From: Candidatus Multivoradales bacterium
GTDB lineage: Bacteria; Acidobacteriota; Thermoanaerobaculia; Multivoradales; Multivoraceae
Direction of reading: 5' to 3'
Assembly (NCBI GenBank): GCA_965223325.1
Contig: CBDCWI010000001.1
Location: forward strand, 1,728,001 to 1,792,000
Length of the DNA stretch: 64,000 nt
A program made the position numbers and the translations under genes. Numbering within the stretch: the stretch's first letter is position 1; each line of letters opens with the position of its first letter. Shown piece after piece: positions 40,158 through 50,134 of the stretch. The notes under the pieces are model-generated. The model was not told the DNA's origin. It worked only from the letters and a program-made list of their open reading frames with translations, and did no database searches.

Positions 40158-42383
40158 GTGGCAGATCCCAAGCCCGTTGTGCCAAAGGCGGAGGAACCGG
40201 AGACACCCGAACTCCCCAAGCCGCCCAACCGGCGCGTCAAGACGCCCACCATCCTGCAGATGGAGGCGGTGGAGTGCGGTGCCGCCGCGCTGGCGATCGT
40301 GCTGGGCTACTTCGAGCGCATCGTGCCGCTCGAGGAGTTGCGGGTTGAGTGCGGTGTCTCCCGCGACGGCAGTAAGGCCTCCAATGTCCTCAAGGCGGCG
40401 CGTAAATACGGGCTCGAGGCAAAGGGCTTCAAGTACGACATAGAGAACCTGTTCGAGATCGACTACCCGGCGATTCTGTTCTGGAACGCCAACCACTTCG
40501 TGGTCCTCGAGGGGTTCAAGAACGGGAAGGTGTACCTGATGGATCCCGGCCAGGGGCCGCGGGTGATCACCATGGAAGAACTCGACGCTTCGTTCTCGGG
40601 CGTCGTTCTGACGTTCAAGCCGGGCCCTGACTTTGAGCCTGGCGGCGAAAAGCGGAGCATGATGGCGGCTCTGCGGCGACGCCTGGTGGGTTCGGAGAAG
40701 GCGCTCCTTTTCACCATGCTGTGCGGCCTCTTCCTGGTTGTTCCGGGCCTGGTGATCCCGACCTTCTCGCGCATTTTCGTCGATGAGTTCCTGGTCGCCG
40801 GCCGGCCGGCGATCGTGCAACCGCTCCTGGTCGGGATGTTGTTGACCGCACTGGTCAACATCGCGCTCACCTTCCTCCAGGAGTACTACCTCCTGCGATT
40901 GGAAACCAAGCTCTCCTTGACGACTTCGAGCCGCTTCTTCCAGCACATCCTGCGACTGCCAGTGGCCTACTTTGGCCAACGCTTCGCCGGCGAGATCGGC
41001 TCGCGCGTAATGATCAACGACAAGGTCGCGCGGGTGGTCTCCGGCAAGCTCGCCACCACCGCCATCGACATGGTGATGATCGTCTTCTACGCCGGCCTCA
41101 TGATGCTCTACAGCGTCAGCCTGACGTTTCTGGTCATCGCCCTGGCCGCTCTCAACGTTGTAGCAGTCAAGCTGGTATCGCGGATTCGGATCGATGCCAG
41201 CCGCCGCCTGATGCAGGACAAGGGCAAGTTGATGGGTACGGCGATGAACGGCCTCGCCATGATCGAGACCCTGAAAGCCACCGGCGGCGAAGCCGAGTTC
41301 TTCTCGCGCTGGGCGGGCTATCAGGCCAAGACCCTGCGCGCCGAACAGCAGCTGCAACGCATGTCGGATCTGGTGACCATCGTGCCGACCTTCGTCAATA
41401 CGCTGATCACCGCAAGCGTGCTTCTAGTCGGTGGCCTCAAGGTAATGAACGGCGAGCTCACGGTAGGTCTCCTGGTGGCGTACCAGTCGCTGACGGGGTT
41501 CTTTGTCAAACCGCTCAACAACTTCGTCACCTTCGGCAACATGCTGCAGGAGCTCGAGGCCGACATGAACCGCCTCGACGACGTCCTGCGCTACCCCCAG
41601 GACGAGATGTACACCCGCGAGCCCAACAAGGCCGTCGCGGCACAGTTGTCGCGCAAGCTCAAGCTCGACGGGCTGATCGAGCTCCGAGACATCACCTTCG
41701 GCTACTCGCCACTCGACAAACCACTGATCGAGAACTTCTCGCTCACCATCCAACCTGGGCAACGGGTGGCTTTGGTCGGCGGCTCGGGGTCAGGCAAGTC
41801 GACTGTCGCGCGGTTGGTCTCGGGACTGTACGAGCCCTGGGAGGGGTCGATCATGTTCGACGGCGTCGATCGCACCGATCTGCCGCGCGAGTTGATCTCG
41901 AATTCGGTGGGCATGGTCGACCAGGAAGTCTTTCTCTTCACCGGCACGATCAAAGAGAACGTGACCATGTGGGACTCGACGATTCCCGCCGCCCGCATCA
42001 CGACCGCCTGCCGCGACGCCGCGATCGCCGACGTCATCGAAACGCGCGACGGTTCCTACGGTGCGCGCGTCGGCGAGGGCGGTGGCAACTTCAGCGGTGG
42101 CCAGCGCCAACGACTCGAGATCGCACGCGCACTGGTCGGCGAACCCACCGTTCTAATTCTCGACGAAGCAACCTCGGCGCTGGACCCCACCACCGAAGCC
42201 GCAATCGACGACAGCTTGAGGCGACGCGGTTGTACCTGCATCGTCATTGCACATCGCTTGAGCACCATTCGCGACTGCGACGAGATCGTCGTCATGGAGC
42301 GCGGCAAGATCGTCCAGCGCGGCACCCACGACGAAATGAAGGACGCCGACGGCCCCTACGCCCGGCTGATCGAGGAGCACTAG
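40158..42383 (+). CDS. NHLP-family ABC exporter, C39 peptidase/permease/ATPase subunit
   Basis: TPTILQMEAVECGAAAL (catalytic Cys), NHFVV, GGSGSGKST, FSGGQRQR, LDEATSALD. Confidence 0.95.
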   Translation: MADPKPVVPKAEEPETPELPKPPNRRVKTPTILQMEAVECGAAALAIVLGYFERIVPLEELRVECGVSRDGSKASNVLKAARKYGLEAKGFKYDIENLFEIDYPAILFWNANHFVVLEGFKNGKVYLMDPGQGPRVITMEELDASFSGVVLTFKPGPDFEPGGEKRSMMAALRRRLVGSEKALLFTMLCGLFLVVPGLVIPTFSRIFVDEFLVAGRPAIVQPLLVGMLLTALVNIALTFLQEYYLLRLETKLSLTTSSRFFQHILRLPVAYFGQRFAGEIGSRVMINDKVARVVSGKLATTAIDMVMIVFYAGLMMLYSVSLTFLVIALAALNVVAVKLVSRIRIDASRRLMQDKGKLMGTAMNGLAMIETLKATGGEAEFFSRWAGYQAKTLRAEQQLQRMSDLVTIVPTFVNTLITASVLLVGGLKVMNGELTVGLLVAYQSLTGFFVKPLNNFVTFGNMLQELEADMNRLDDVLRYPQDEMYTREPNKAVAAQLSRKLKLDGLIELRDITFGYSPLDKPLIENFSLTIQPGQRVALVGGSGSGKSTVARLVSGLYEPWEGSIMFDGVDRTDLPRELISNSVGMVDQEVFLFTGTIKENVTMWDSTIPAARITTACRDAAIADVIETRDGSYGARVGEGGGNFSGGQRQRLEIARALVGEPTVLILDEATSALDPTTEAAIDDSLRRRGCTCIVIAHRLSTIRDCDEIVVMERGKIVQRGTHDEMKDADGPYARLIEEH

Positions 42384-42389
42384 GCGGTC

Positions 42390-45300
42390 GTGTCAGAGCA
42401 GGCGAACCAGGAAACCCGTCTCAGGGTCGTGCAAACGACGGTTGCCGAGGCGCAGAACGTCGAGCTGACACTCGGCCCCGAGCCGCAGTTCATCGGTCGC
42501 GACCCGAGTTGCGACCTCACCGTCGCCGACAAGAGCATGTCGCGTCGTCACGCCAGCGTCTGGCTGGCGGCCGACGGTCGCGTCATGGTGCGCGACAACA
42601 AGAGCTCGAACGGGGTCTTCGTCGAGGGTCATCGAGTCGCCGAGCTGGCAGTGGCCAACGGTCAGAAGCTCACCATGGGCGGTACGACCTTCATCGTCGA
42701 CATGCCAGCGGCCGAGCCCGAGGAAGCAATAGACCTCGACGCCACCGCCCTTAACGAGGTCTCGGTTGATCGCACCGTCCAGATCTCGAACTTCGCCGAA
42801 GTCGCACAGCAGTTCGAGAAGCCGCGCGCGCTCGAGGAGCTCGGCCAGGGCGAAGTCACCACCGCTAACCGACCCTTCCTGATCTCGGACGCCAGCACGA
42901 TGTGGATCCTCGAAGAGGGGAAGATCGAGATCTTTACCGTCAACATAAAGAACGGTGAGCCCGTAGGAGCCCGCACCCACTTCGTCACCGTCGAACCAGG
43001 CGAGGCGTTCTTCGGGCTCGAAAGTGACTACCTCGGCTTCGACTCGGGGTTTCTCGCCGTCGGCAAGGCGGGCTCCGAGCTCGTCCGCATGGACATTGAG
43101 CAGCTCGAGCGTTTCGCCCCGGTACCCGAGCACAAGAAGCGCATTGCCGGTTTCGTTTCGCAGTGGGTGACGTCGCTCTCGAAACGTCTGGTGAGCGATC
43201 TGCCCAAGATTCCGCGCGCCGAGATCGCGCTGCGGCCCGGCGAGACGACGCTGATCGAGCCCGAGAAGGTCACCGCCCCCGGAACCGAGGTGCTGTGGAT
43301 CGAAATGCCGGCGGCGCGCTTCCTCTTCGACAGCATGGGCAGTCTGTCTTGGGAGGTCGAGGGTGTGCTGTTCCCATTGGCACCTTCTTCATGGATCGAG
43401 TTGCTGGCCAGCGACACGCCGATCGAGTTCACCCCCTACCGCACCGAAGAAGTCATCGGCGACCCGCGCCTCTGGGCCGGCTTGCAGGCGTTCCATCGCA
43501 CCTTCATGGAGTGCGAATTCATCAACAAGCGCCTGGCGGTCGTCGATGAATTCAACCGCTTGCAGCGCAAGGCCGAACGCGCCGACGCAGCGCGCGACGC
43601 CGGCATCGGTGCCATCGAGTCGGTGCTGGCGGGAACCGGCGTGTGGCGGCTGCCGAACTTCGGCAGCGACGTCGGCCCGGTCTTCGACTGCTGTGCGGCA
43701 ATCGCTCAATACCTGGGCATCGAGGTCAAACGACCGGTCGGTGATCTTGAGGACCTCAGCTTCGAAGACACGGTGCTCGCCGTGGCAACGGCGTCTCGTT
43801 TCCGCGTGCGACGGATTTCACTGGTCGACAACTGGTGGGATCTCGACCAGGGGCCCCTGCTCGCCCAACGCGAAGAGTCAAACGCACCGGTGGCTCTGGT
43901 TCCCAAAGGTCGACGCGGTGGCTACACCCTGATCGACCCGGCGACCAACGAGCGCGAGACTTTGACCGAGGACATGGCCGAGGGCCTGATCCCCTTCGCC
44001 TACAGTTTCTATCGGCGCTTCCCAGATGGCGTGCTCGGCGCCCGCGACCTGATTCGCTTCGGCACCTACGGGCTCAGACCTGAGTTCCGCGAAGTCGCAC
44101 TCATGGGAATTGCCACCGGTCTGCTCGGCACCGTCGTTCCCGCAATCACCGGCCAGGTCTTCGATTCGGCCATTCCGCAAGCCGAGCGCGCCTTCTTATG
44201 GCAGCTCTGCCTGGGCCTCTTCATGGTTGCCCTCTCGACCTCTGCGTTCAAGATCGTGCAGAACATGGCGATGCTGCGCGTGCAGTCGAAGATGGACTAC
44301 TCGGTACAGGCCGCGGTCTGGGACAGGCTGCTCGATTTGCCAATGACCTTCTTCCGCGAGTACTCGGCTGGTGACCTGGCCGACCGCGCCTCGGCGGTCG
44401 ACAAGATTCGTTCGATCATCGCCGGTGCCGGCATCGGCGCCATTCTCGGCTCTTTCGCGTCGCTGTTCAATGCCATCCAGATGGCCTTCTACAGTCTTGC
44501 GTTGGCCGGCGTCGCCATCGGTCTGACCCTCATCTACGTGTCGCTCACCACCCTTTGCAACTACTTGAAGCTGCGCCTGCAGCGCACCGAGTTCCATCGC
44601 CGCGGCATGATCACCGGCCTGGTGCTGCAGCTCATTTCGGGAGTCGGCAAGTTGCGCGTTTCGGGCACCGAGGATCATGCCTTCAAGGCCTGGGCGACCG
44701 AGTTCGCCGGCATGCGCCGCACTGGCTTCGCCGTCGGCCGGATCGGCAACTTCATGCCAGTGCTCAACGCCGGCTTTCCGGTGCTCTCCTCAATGGCGAT
44801 CTTCTTCACCATGGCGAAGCTCCAGCAGTCGGCGCTCGAGAAGGGCGAGGTGTTCGACCTCACCACCGGCGACTTCCTCGCTTTCAGCTCGGCCTACGGC
44901 ATCTTCCTGGCTGCCATGCAAGCCCTCGGCGACGTCTCCGTAAGCATGTTGGGCGTGGTGCCCATCTTCGAGCGCCTGAAGCCGCTCCTCGAAGAGGAGT
45001 CGGAGATTGATGCGAGCAAGGCTGCCCCGGCCGCACTGCGCGGCAAGATCGAGCTTTCGAACCTGTCGTTTCGTTACACCGAAGACGGCCCGCTGGTGCT
45101 CAAAAACATCAACCTCGAAATCGAGCCCGGCCAGTTCGTCGCCTTCGTGGGCGGCTCGGGCTCCGGCAAGTCGACGATGATGAAAGTCATGCTGGGCTTC
45201 CTTTCGCCCGAGAGCGGCAGCGTCTATTACGACGGGATGGATCTCTCGACGCTGGACGTGCGCATGGTGCGCCAGCAGCTCGGCGTCGTGCTGCAGGAGA

Positions 45301-45758
45301 GTCGTCTGCTGCCGGCGGATATCTACCGCAACATCGTTGGCTCGTCGTCGAAAACCGTTGCCGACGCCTGGGACGCGGCGCGCAAAGCTGGCCTTTCTGA
45401 CGACATCAAGCGCCTACCGATGGGAATGCACACCTACGTCTCAGAAGGTGGCGGCGGTTTCTCGGGCGGCCAGAAGCAGCGCCTGATGATCGCGCGAGCG
45501 CTGGTGCACAACCCGCGCATCCTCTACCTCGACGAGGCCACCAGTGCGCTCGACAACCGCACCCAGGCGATCGTCACCCAGAGCATGGACCGCCTGAACG
45601 CCACCCGCATTGTCATTGCTCACCGCCTGTCAACGGTCGTTAACGCCGACATCATCTGCTACCTCGAAGACGGCGAGCTCAAGGAAAAGGGCTCCTTCGA
45701 AGAGCTCAAGGCACTCGGCGGCGCCTTCGCCGAGCTCGCCGCCCGTCAGGAGGCTTGA
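42390..45758 (+). CDS. NHLP-family ABC exporter permease/ATPase subunit with N-terminal FHA and cNMP-like domains
   Basis: FHA (IGRDP..SRRHASV..SSNGVFV); cNMP-like WILEEGKIEIF..GEAFFG; inactive C39-like RVRRISL..WW.DQGPLL; GGSGSGKST; FSGGQKQR. Confidence 0.92.
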   Translation: MSEQANQETRLRVVQTTVAEAQNVELTLGPEPQFIGRDPSCDLTVADKSMSRRHASVWLAADGRVMVRDNKSSNGVFVEGHRVAELAVANGQKLTMGGTTFIVDMPAAEPEEAIDLDATALNEVSVDRTVQISNFAEVAQQFEKPRALEELGQGEVTTANRPFLISDASTMWILEEGKIEIFTVNIKNGEPVGARTHFVTVEPGEAFFGLESDYLGFDSGFLAVGKAGSELVRMDIEQLERFAPVPEHKKRIAGFVSQWVTSLSKRLVSDLPKIPRAEIALRPGETTLIEPEKVTAPGTEVLWIEMPAARFLFDSMGSLSWEVEGVLFPLAPSSWIELLASDTPIEFTPYRTEEVIGDPRLWAGLQAFHRTFMECEFINKRLAVVDEFNRLQRKAERADAARDAGIGAIESVLAGTGVWRLPNFGSDVGPVFDCCAAIAQYLGIEVKRPVGDLEDLSFEDTVLAVATASRFRVRRISLVDNWWDLDQGPLLAQREESNAPVALVPKGRRGGYTLIDPATNERETLTEDMAEGLIPFAYSFYRRFPDGVLGARDLIRFGTYGLRPEFREVALMGIATGLLGTVVPAITGQVFDSAIPQAERAFLWQLCLGLFMVALSTSAFKIVQNMAMLRVQSKMDYSVQAAVWDRLLDLPMTFFREYSAGDLADRASAVDKIRSIIAGAGIGAILGSFASLFNAIQMAFYSLALAGVAIGLTLIYVSLTTLCNYLKLRLQRTEFHRRGMITGLVLQLISGVGKLRVSGTEDHAFKAWATEFAGMRRTGFAVGRIGNFMPVLNAGFPVLSSMAIFFTMAKLQQSALEKGEVFDLTTGDFLAFSSAYGIFLAAMQALGDVSVSMLGVVPIFERLKPLLEEESEIDASKAAPAALRGKIELSNLSFRYTEDGPLVLKNINLEIEPGQFVAFVGGSGSGKSTMMKVMLGFLSPESGSVYYDGMDLSTLDVRMVRQQLGVVLQESRLLPADIYRNIVGSSSKTVADAWDAARKAGLSDDIKRLPMGMHTYVSEGGGGFSGGQKQRLMIARALVHNPRILYLDEATSALDNRTQAIVTQSMDRLNATRIVIAHRLSTVVNADIICYLEDGELKEKGSFEELKALGGAFAELAARQEA

Positions 45759-45772
45759 GGGACGATGGGATC

Positions 45773-47389
45773 ATGAAAGGACCCGACTCTCCTCTCATCG
45801 CCCGACGGCGGGCAGTGATTGCCGGGCTTGGAGTGAGCACCGATCTCGAAGACGAGCTCGTCGGTTACCTCGACAACCCCTACGCCGGTTCAGGTGGTGC
45901 GGCCGATCGGGAGGCCACCGACGACGAGGACGAGCCCCACGTCGCGGCGTGGCGACGTTACGCCCGCGAGGCAATGGCCGGCAGCGCAGCAAAGGTGCTT
46001 ACCGAGAAACTCGTGCAACTGCGGTTCGAGGTAGCCCCGGGTACCAGTACCGACGCCTCCTACCGGGCTGCCACGCGGCGCGGTGATATGAGCGGCGTTC
46101 CGAAAGAGCCGCCCGCCTGGGAAGACCCGCCTTCCATCGAGCTCCTCATCCACCCAACCGCCGGCGGCGCCGTTCCGGTCGTCTTCGCCGCTCATCGTGG
46201 CGACTTCGAGCGCTTGGTGCGCTCCCTCGCCGGCCGCAACGAACCCATTCCAGTCCCCCCGTCAATGGGTGCCTGTCTGGTCAAAGGGTTGATCAACCAG
46301 GACCGGGTCTCGACCTGGCGCGAAGGCCTGGAACGCGATCGCGGTCGAGCCCTCGACAAAGAAGAGTGGAGCGCGGCGTTGCGCGAGATGGCACCGCGCA
46401 AAGACCTCTACCAGGACCGCGTCTTGATTCTCTCGCGCGGCCCCTACGCCGGAAGCGAAAGGCAACAAGGCGACGGCACGCTCAACGAACAGTGGGTCCG
46501 CGACTCGACCCGACTGCGCCTCGAGCACGAGTGCTTCCACTACCTCACCTGGCGGCGCTTCGGCTTGATCCGCAGCAACCTGCTCGACGAACTGTTGGCC
46601 GACTTCACCGGCATGATCGCCGCCCTCGGCGCCTACGACCCCGAAGCCGCGCTTACCTTCCTCGGAGTGGAGCGAGGAGCCGAAGAAGCCGGCGCACATC
46701 GCCTGCTCCCCGACGCCAGGCTTCGCCTCTACCGCGGCGAGCCCGAGCTCAGCGAAGCCGCCCTTCCCGCCCTCGCCCTGCTCGCCGTCCGCGCCAGTCA
46801 CCGTCTAGCCGAGCTCACCCAGAGCCTGCCCGACCGTGAAGGCGCCACCCGACGACCAGAACTCCTCGCTCTGGCCGCAGCGGGGCTGGGAATCGAAGGC
46901 TGGTTCGAGCCAGATGCCCCAAAGAACCTGTTGGCCCGGCTCAAGAACCTTCAGCGTAAGCCACGCGAGACCAACCGCCTACTCGAGCTCAGGCGCCCGG
47001 CCGACCAGGAAGGAGTCGGCGCCTGTCTAGACGGCTTCATGAGCACCGCCCGCGCCCGCGGAATGAGCGACCGCCTACGCCGGCGCATCGCACTCACCCT
47101 AGACGAAATTCTCACCAACATCGCCAAGTACGCCTACGACAAAGGCAGCTGCGGCGACCTCTGGTTTCGCCTCTCACAACCCAGCGAAGACGTCTGGCGA
47201 CTCGACTTCGAAGACGCCGGCAAGCCATTCAACCCCATGAACCAGCCCGGCCCCGACCTCGGCCTCGACGCCCTCACCCACCGCGAAGGCGGCCTCGGCC
47301 TATGGCTTGTACGCCACCTGTCAGCCAACATGCGCTACCGCCGCCGCCTGGACCGCAACCACCTCTCGATCGCCATCCGCGACAGCTGA
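45773..47389 (+). CDS. HExxH-containing domain (DUF7005-like) fused to a C-terminal RsbW/SpoIIAB-like HATPase kinase
   Basis: LSRGPY..RLEHECFHY..LLDELLADF; C-terminal LDEILTNIAKYAY, EDAGKPFNP, GGLGLWLV. Confidence 0.8.
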   Translation: MKGPDSPLIARRRAVIAGLGVSTDLEDELVGYLDNPYAGSGGAADREATDDEDEPHVAAWRRYAREAMAGSAAKVLTEKLVQLRFEVAPGTSTDASYRAATRRGDMSGVPKEPPAWEDPPSIELLIHPTAGGAVPVVFAAHRGDFERLVRSLAGRNEPIPVPPSMGACLVKGLINQDRVSTWREGLERDRGRALDKEEWSAALREMAPRKDLYQDRVLILSRGPYAGSERQQGDGTLNEQWVRDSTRLRLEHECFHYLTWRRFGLIRSNLLDELLADFTGMIAALGAYDPEAALTFLGVERGAEEAGAHRLLPDARLRLYRGEPELSEAALPALALLAVRASHRLAELTQSLPDREGATRRPELLALAAAGLGIEGWFEPDAPKNLLARLKNLQRKPRETNRLLELRRPADQEGVGACLDGFMSTARARGMSDRLRRRIALTLDEILTNIAKYAYDKGSCGDLWFRLSQPSEDVWRLDFEDAGKPFNPMNQPGPDLGLDALTHREGGLGLWLVRHLSANMRYRRRLDRNHLSIAIRDS

Positions 47390-47724
47390 ACCTACCCTGC
47401 TCGCGGACCGCAAGATCAGCCGTTCTTTAGAACGTAGAAACTCGCGGGTTCCCTACACGCAGCACAGATCGTTTTGCGCTGACCGAACTACCCGACACAA
47501 GGCGAACACCGCTGATCATCGGCGACCGTGTGTTCGTTCCGCTGGGAGGCGACCCTGAGAACAATGTCGCCTCCCTCGGCGCCTTCGAGAAAGCCACGGT
47601 CAACTCGAGGGAAGCACGGAGCTCCTTTGGCTCCAGCTCCTAGGAGAGCACTTGTCACATCGGCGCCTGACGAACGAAAAGGGGCCGTGGGGACTTCGGT
47701 CCCGTCGAGTACCGCCGCACCGGA

Positions 47725-48072
47725 ATGTTCGATGACCTGGCGAAGTTGTCAACCAAGAACCCGGAGAGCCCCGTGGTCGTGCTCGGCAAGTTCATGCAGG
47801 ACGGAGTTTCTTATCTTCAAGTGGCGAAACAGTCCAAGTCGAGCTACTTCCTGGCCGACAACTGGGACAGGCTCGCTGGTAGCATGACGAGAGACGAAAT
47901 GTGGAAAATCAACCGATCGTTTCTTCTCCAGCAGGTGCAGGAGGGCAAGCGCTTCACGCTGTCGCACGATCCCGCTTCAGCCACCGGCGCCTTTCTGAAG
48001 GAGGTTGAATTCCTCAGGGATCAGGGCTATCGGTTCATCAAGGATGGCAACGTGTGGAGAGCGACCAGATGA
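47725..48072 (+). CDS. Orphan polymorphic-toxin C-terminal domain (probable)
   Basis: VVLGKF..SY..W..MWKINRSFLLQQ..GKRFTLSHDP..FLKEVEFL resembles toxin tips. ATGA-coupled to a small downstream gene. Confidence 0.5.
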   Translation: MFDDLAKLSTKNPESPVVVLGKFMQDGVSYLQVAKQSKSSYFLADNWDRLAGSMTRDEMWKINRSFLLQQVQEGKRFTLSHDPASATGAFLKEVEFLRDQGYRFIKDGNVWRATR

Positions 48073-48437
48073 GCAACCTCCCCACCAAAGAGGACATCGC
48101 CCGCGCCGACTCGAAGATGAGGGAACGCGAACGCGGCCTCGACACGGTTGAAGGAAACCTTTCTAAGCGCTTCCAAGGACGCGGCGGCTTTCACAAGATC
48201 TTCGTCATGTGGCAGAAAGACGTGGACTTTCGCGCCTACGTCTTCTTCCGCCTGGACAAAGACGCAGAGACCGCACGGGAAAGCGGACTGCTTGACGAAA
48301 TCGAAGACGCGTTTCTTGAAGAACTAGAGAAGGTCGACCGCGCTCGCCGTGGAGAGACGAAGGTAGCTCTTGAAATCGACTCGCACGAGAACGTCGAACG
48401 CAACTATCGGAGCAGCTACTTCCTCAGAATGAGGTAG
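48069..48437 (+). CDS. Putative immunity protein
   Basis: 122 aa, translationally coupled to the toxin-like ORF. Confidence 0.5.
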   Translation: MSNLPTKEDIARADSKMRERERGLDTVEGNLSKRFQGRGGFHKIFVMWQKDVDFRAYVFFRLDKDAETARESGLLDEIEDAFLEELEKVDRARRGETKVALEIDSHENVERNYRSSYFLRMR

Positions 48438-48652
48438 CCAGGAACAACCCGTGAGCAACGGCTCGCAGGCAGGTGCTCTTCACACCAGAGGTCCTCGAGA
48501 AGACTGTTCGCCGCCGGCGCTTCGGCCCTGCGCGACAAAAGAAGGGGCCGAGCCGGCGTGCACAAAGTCGAGCCGTTGAAGATCACGCGACTCGATTGCC
48601 GACGCGATAGATGGCGCGATCGATGATGTTGCCCGGTAACTCAGCCAGGCTT

Positions 48653-50134
48653 CTACAAGGGGGGCTTTCGCCCGGCCCTCTCAACTCGCCTGACCAACCC
48701 ATCAATCGCCACGTCCAGATCGAGCCGATCCCCATTCCATAGCGGCATCGTGTATCGACCAAGCCGCAAGCCCTGCCTCAAGTTGTCACGGCACAGCCTC
48801 CCCGGAGCCGTCTCGTCGACCACCAAAGGCGGGCCAACCTCAGGTACAAGGCAACCCCCGGGCCGGAAGAACGCCACGCCCTCCGCGGTCCGCTCAACAG
48901 AGAAACCGCCCTCATGCAGGGCGCGGTGATGAAAACGGCACAACAACACCAGATTGTCCAGCCGCGTCTCGCCCCCATCGGCCCAGTGCTCGATGTGATG
49001 AGCCTCGCAAAACTTCGAATCACAACCAGGGAAGCGACATCCCTGATCGCGATGCTGCAAAGCACGCCGAATCGCAGGCGGAATCGTCCGGCGACTGCGC
49101 CCGACATCGAGCACCGAACCATCGCTGCCATGAACCATCTCCACCAGACTGGCGTCGCACGCCATCCGCCGCGACGTTTCCGCGGAAACGCCTGGCCCAT
49201 GCTCGATGAACGCCTGCGCAACGGTCTCTGGCACCCCAGCATCTGCATCACCGGCGTCTAGCTGCGAAGAATCTGGCGGCGCCATCGCCAGCACCGGCTC
49301 ATCGACGTGCACAACAACACGCAAGCTCTCAGCCCGCTGGGGATTCTCCGACCCGGCGCGCAGCGAACGCTCCGCGAGCAGACCCAGCGCATCAGCCCGG
49401 CGCTGTTTCGGTTCCATGCGCTCGACACGCTGCTCGAACGCCTCGATCGTTTCCTCGCGCCGTTCCTTTTCACGCTCAGCTTCGAACAAGTCATCACCAG
49501 CCGCCTCGAGCGCCTTCAGAAAAACAGCACCAACCTCAGGCTCGAGCCGGCCACGCACCACCAGCATGCCGTCCTCATCCCATGAGCTCGAGAACCCCCG
49601 GCTAGCCCGCCGCAACGCGTCGTGCTGGTTCTCCATCCGCCGCGACACCCTGCGCCAACTCCGACACACCCTCTCGAGCTGCGAAGCCGTCGTATGCCGC
49701 GCCAGCTCCACCAGATCACGCTCCGTTTCAGGCGCCGCAACCCGCGTGATCGCTCGCACCTTTGAGAACGAAACCTCACCCCGCTCCATCGCCCGCGCCA
49801 AAAGCGGAAGCTCAGCCAGACGCCGCGCCACCCGTACCTTCTCGCGCGCCGCCCCCATGCCAAGCCCAATGCGCCAATTCAGCCAATGCGCACAAGACCG
49901 CCAACCCGCCCAACCCGAGCGCGCGTCAAACTCCGCAATCATCACCAGCAATCGATACGTGGCCGCAGTGATATTCGCCGACAAAGTCACAATCTGATTG
50001 CCGAGGTCCTCGAGGTCGTTCTCAACCCGCATTCCCAGCGGCCTTTCGAGCGGTGCCGGAGAGGTGCGTACGGGCGGCTTCGAGGCAATCGGCGGAGAGG
50101 TAATGGTCTTCTCGAGGAGTTGAGTCGAGGACAT
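48653..50134 (-). CDS. DUF222 + HNH endonuclease protein
   Basis: SCAHWLNWR, VSFSKVRAITR, RRMACDA, RDQGCRFPGC..CEAHHIEHWADGGET.LDNLVLLCRFHH. Confidence 0.92.
   Translation of the reverse strand: MSSTQLLEKTITSPPIASKPPVRTSPAPLERPLGMRVENDLEDLGNQIVTLSANITAATYRLLVMIAEFDARSGWAGWRSCAHWLNWRIGLGMGAAREKVRVARRLAELPLLARAMERGEVSFSKVRAITRVAAPETERDLVELARHTTASQLERVCRSWRRVSRRMENQHDALRRASRGFSSSWDEDGMLVVRGRLEPEVGAVFLKALEAAGDDLFEAEREKERREETIEAFEQRVERMEPKQRRADALGLLAERSLRAGSENPQRAESLRVVVHVDEPVLAMAPPDSSQLDAGDADAGVPETVAQAFIEHGPGVSAETSRRMACDASLVEMVHGSDGSVLDVGRSRRTIPPAIRRALQHRDQGCRFPGCDSKFCEAHHIEHWADGGETRLDNLVLLCRFHHRALHEGGFSVERTAEGVAFFRPGGCLVPEVGPPLVVDETAPGRLCRDNLRQGLRLGRYTMPLWNGDRLDLDVAIDGLVRRVERAGRKPPL

Noticed and set aside
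45773-46980. Assignment as an alpha-KG-dependent HExxH RiPP hydroxylase
   Set aside because: The PWRxxxRP-type motif I would expect after HExxH in that family is not visible. Left as an unassigned HExxH domain.
30258-47389. Polytheonamide-type proteusin or TOMM pathway
   Set aside because: No radical SAM CxxxCxxC enzyme, YcaO or dehydrogenase gene is present. LanM is the only recognised maturase.
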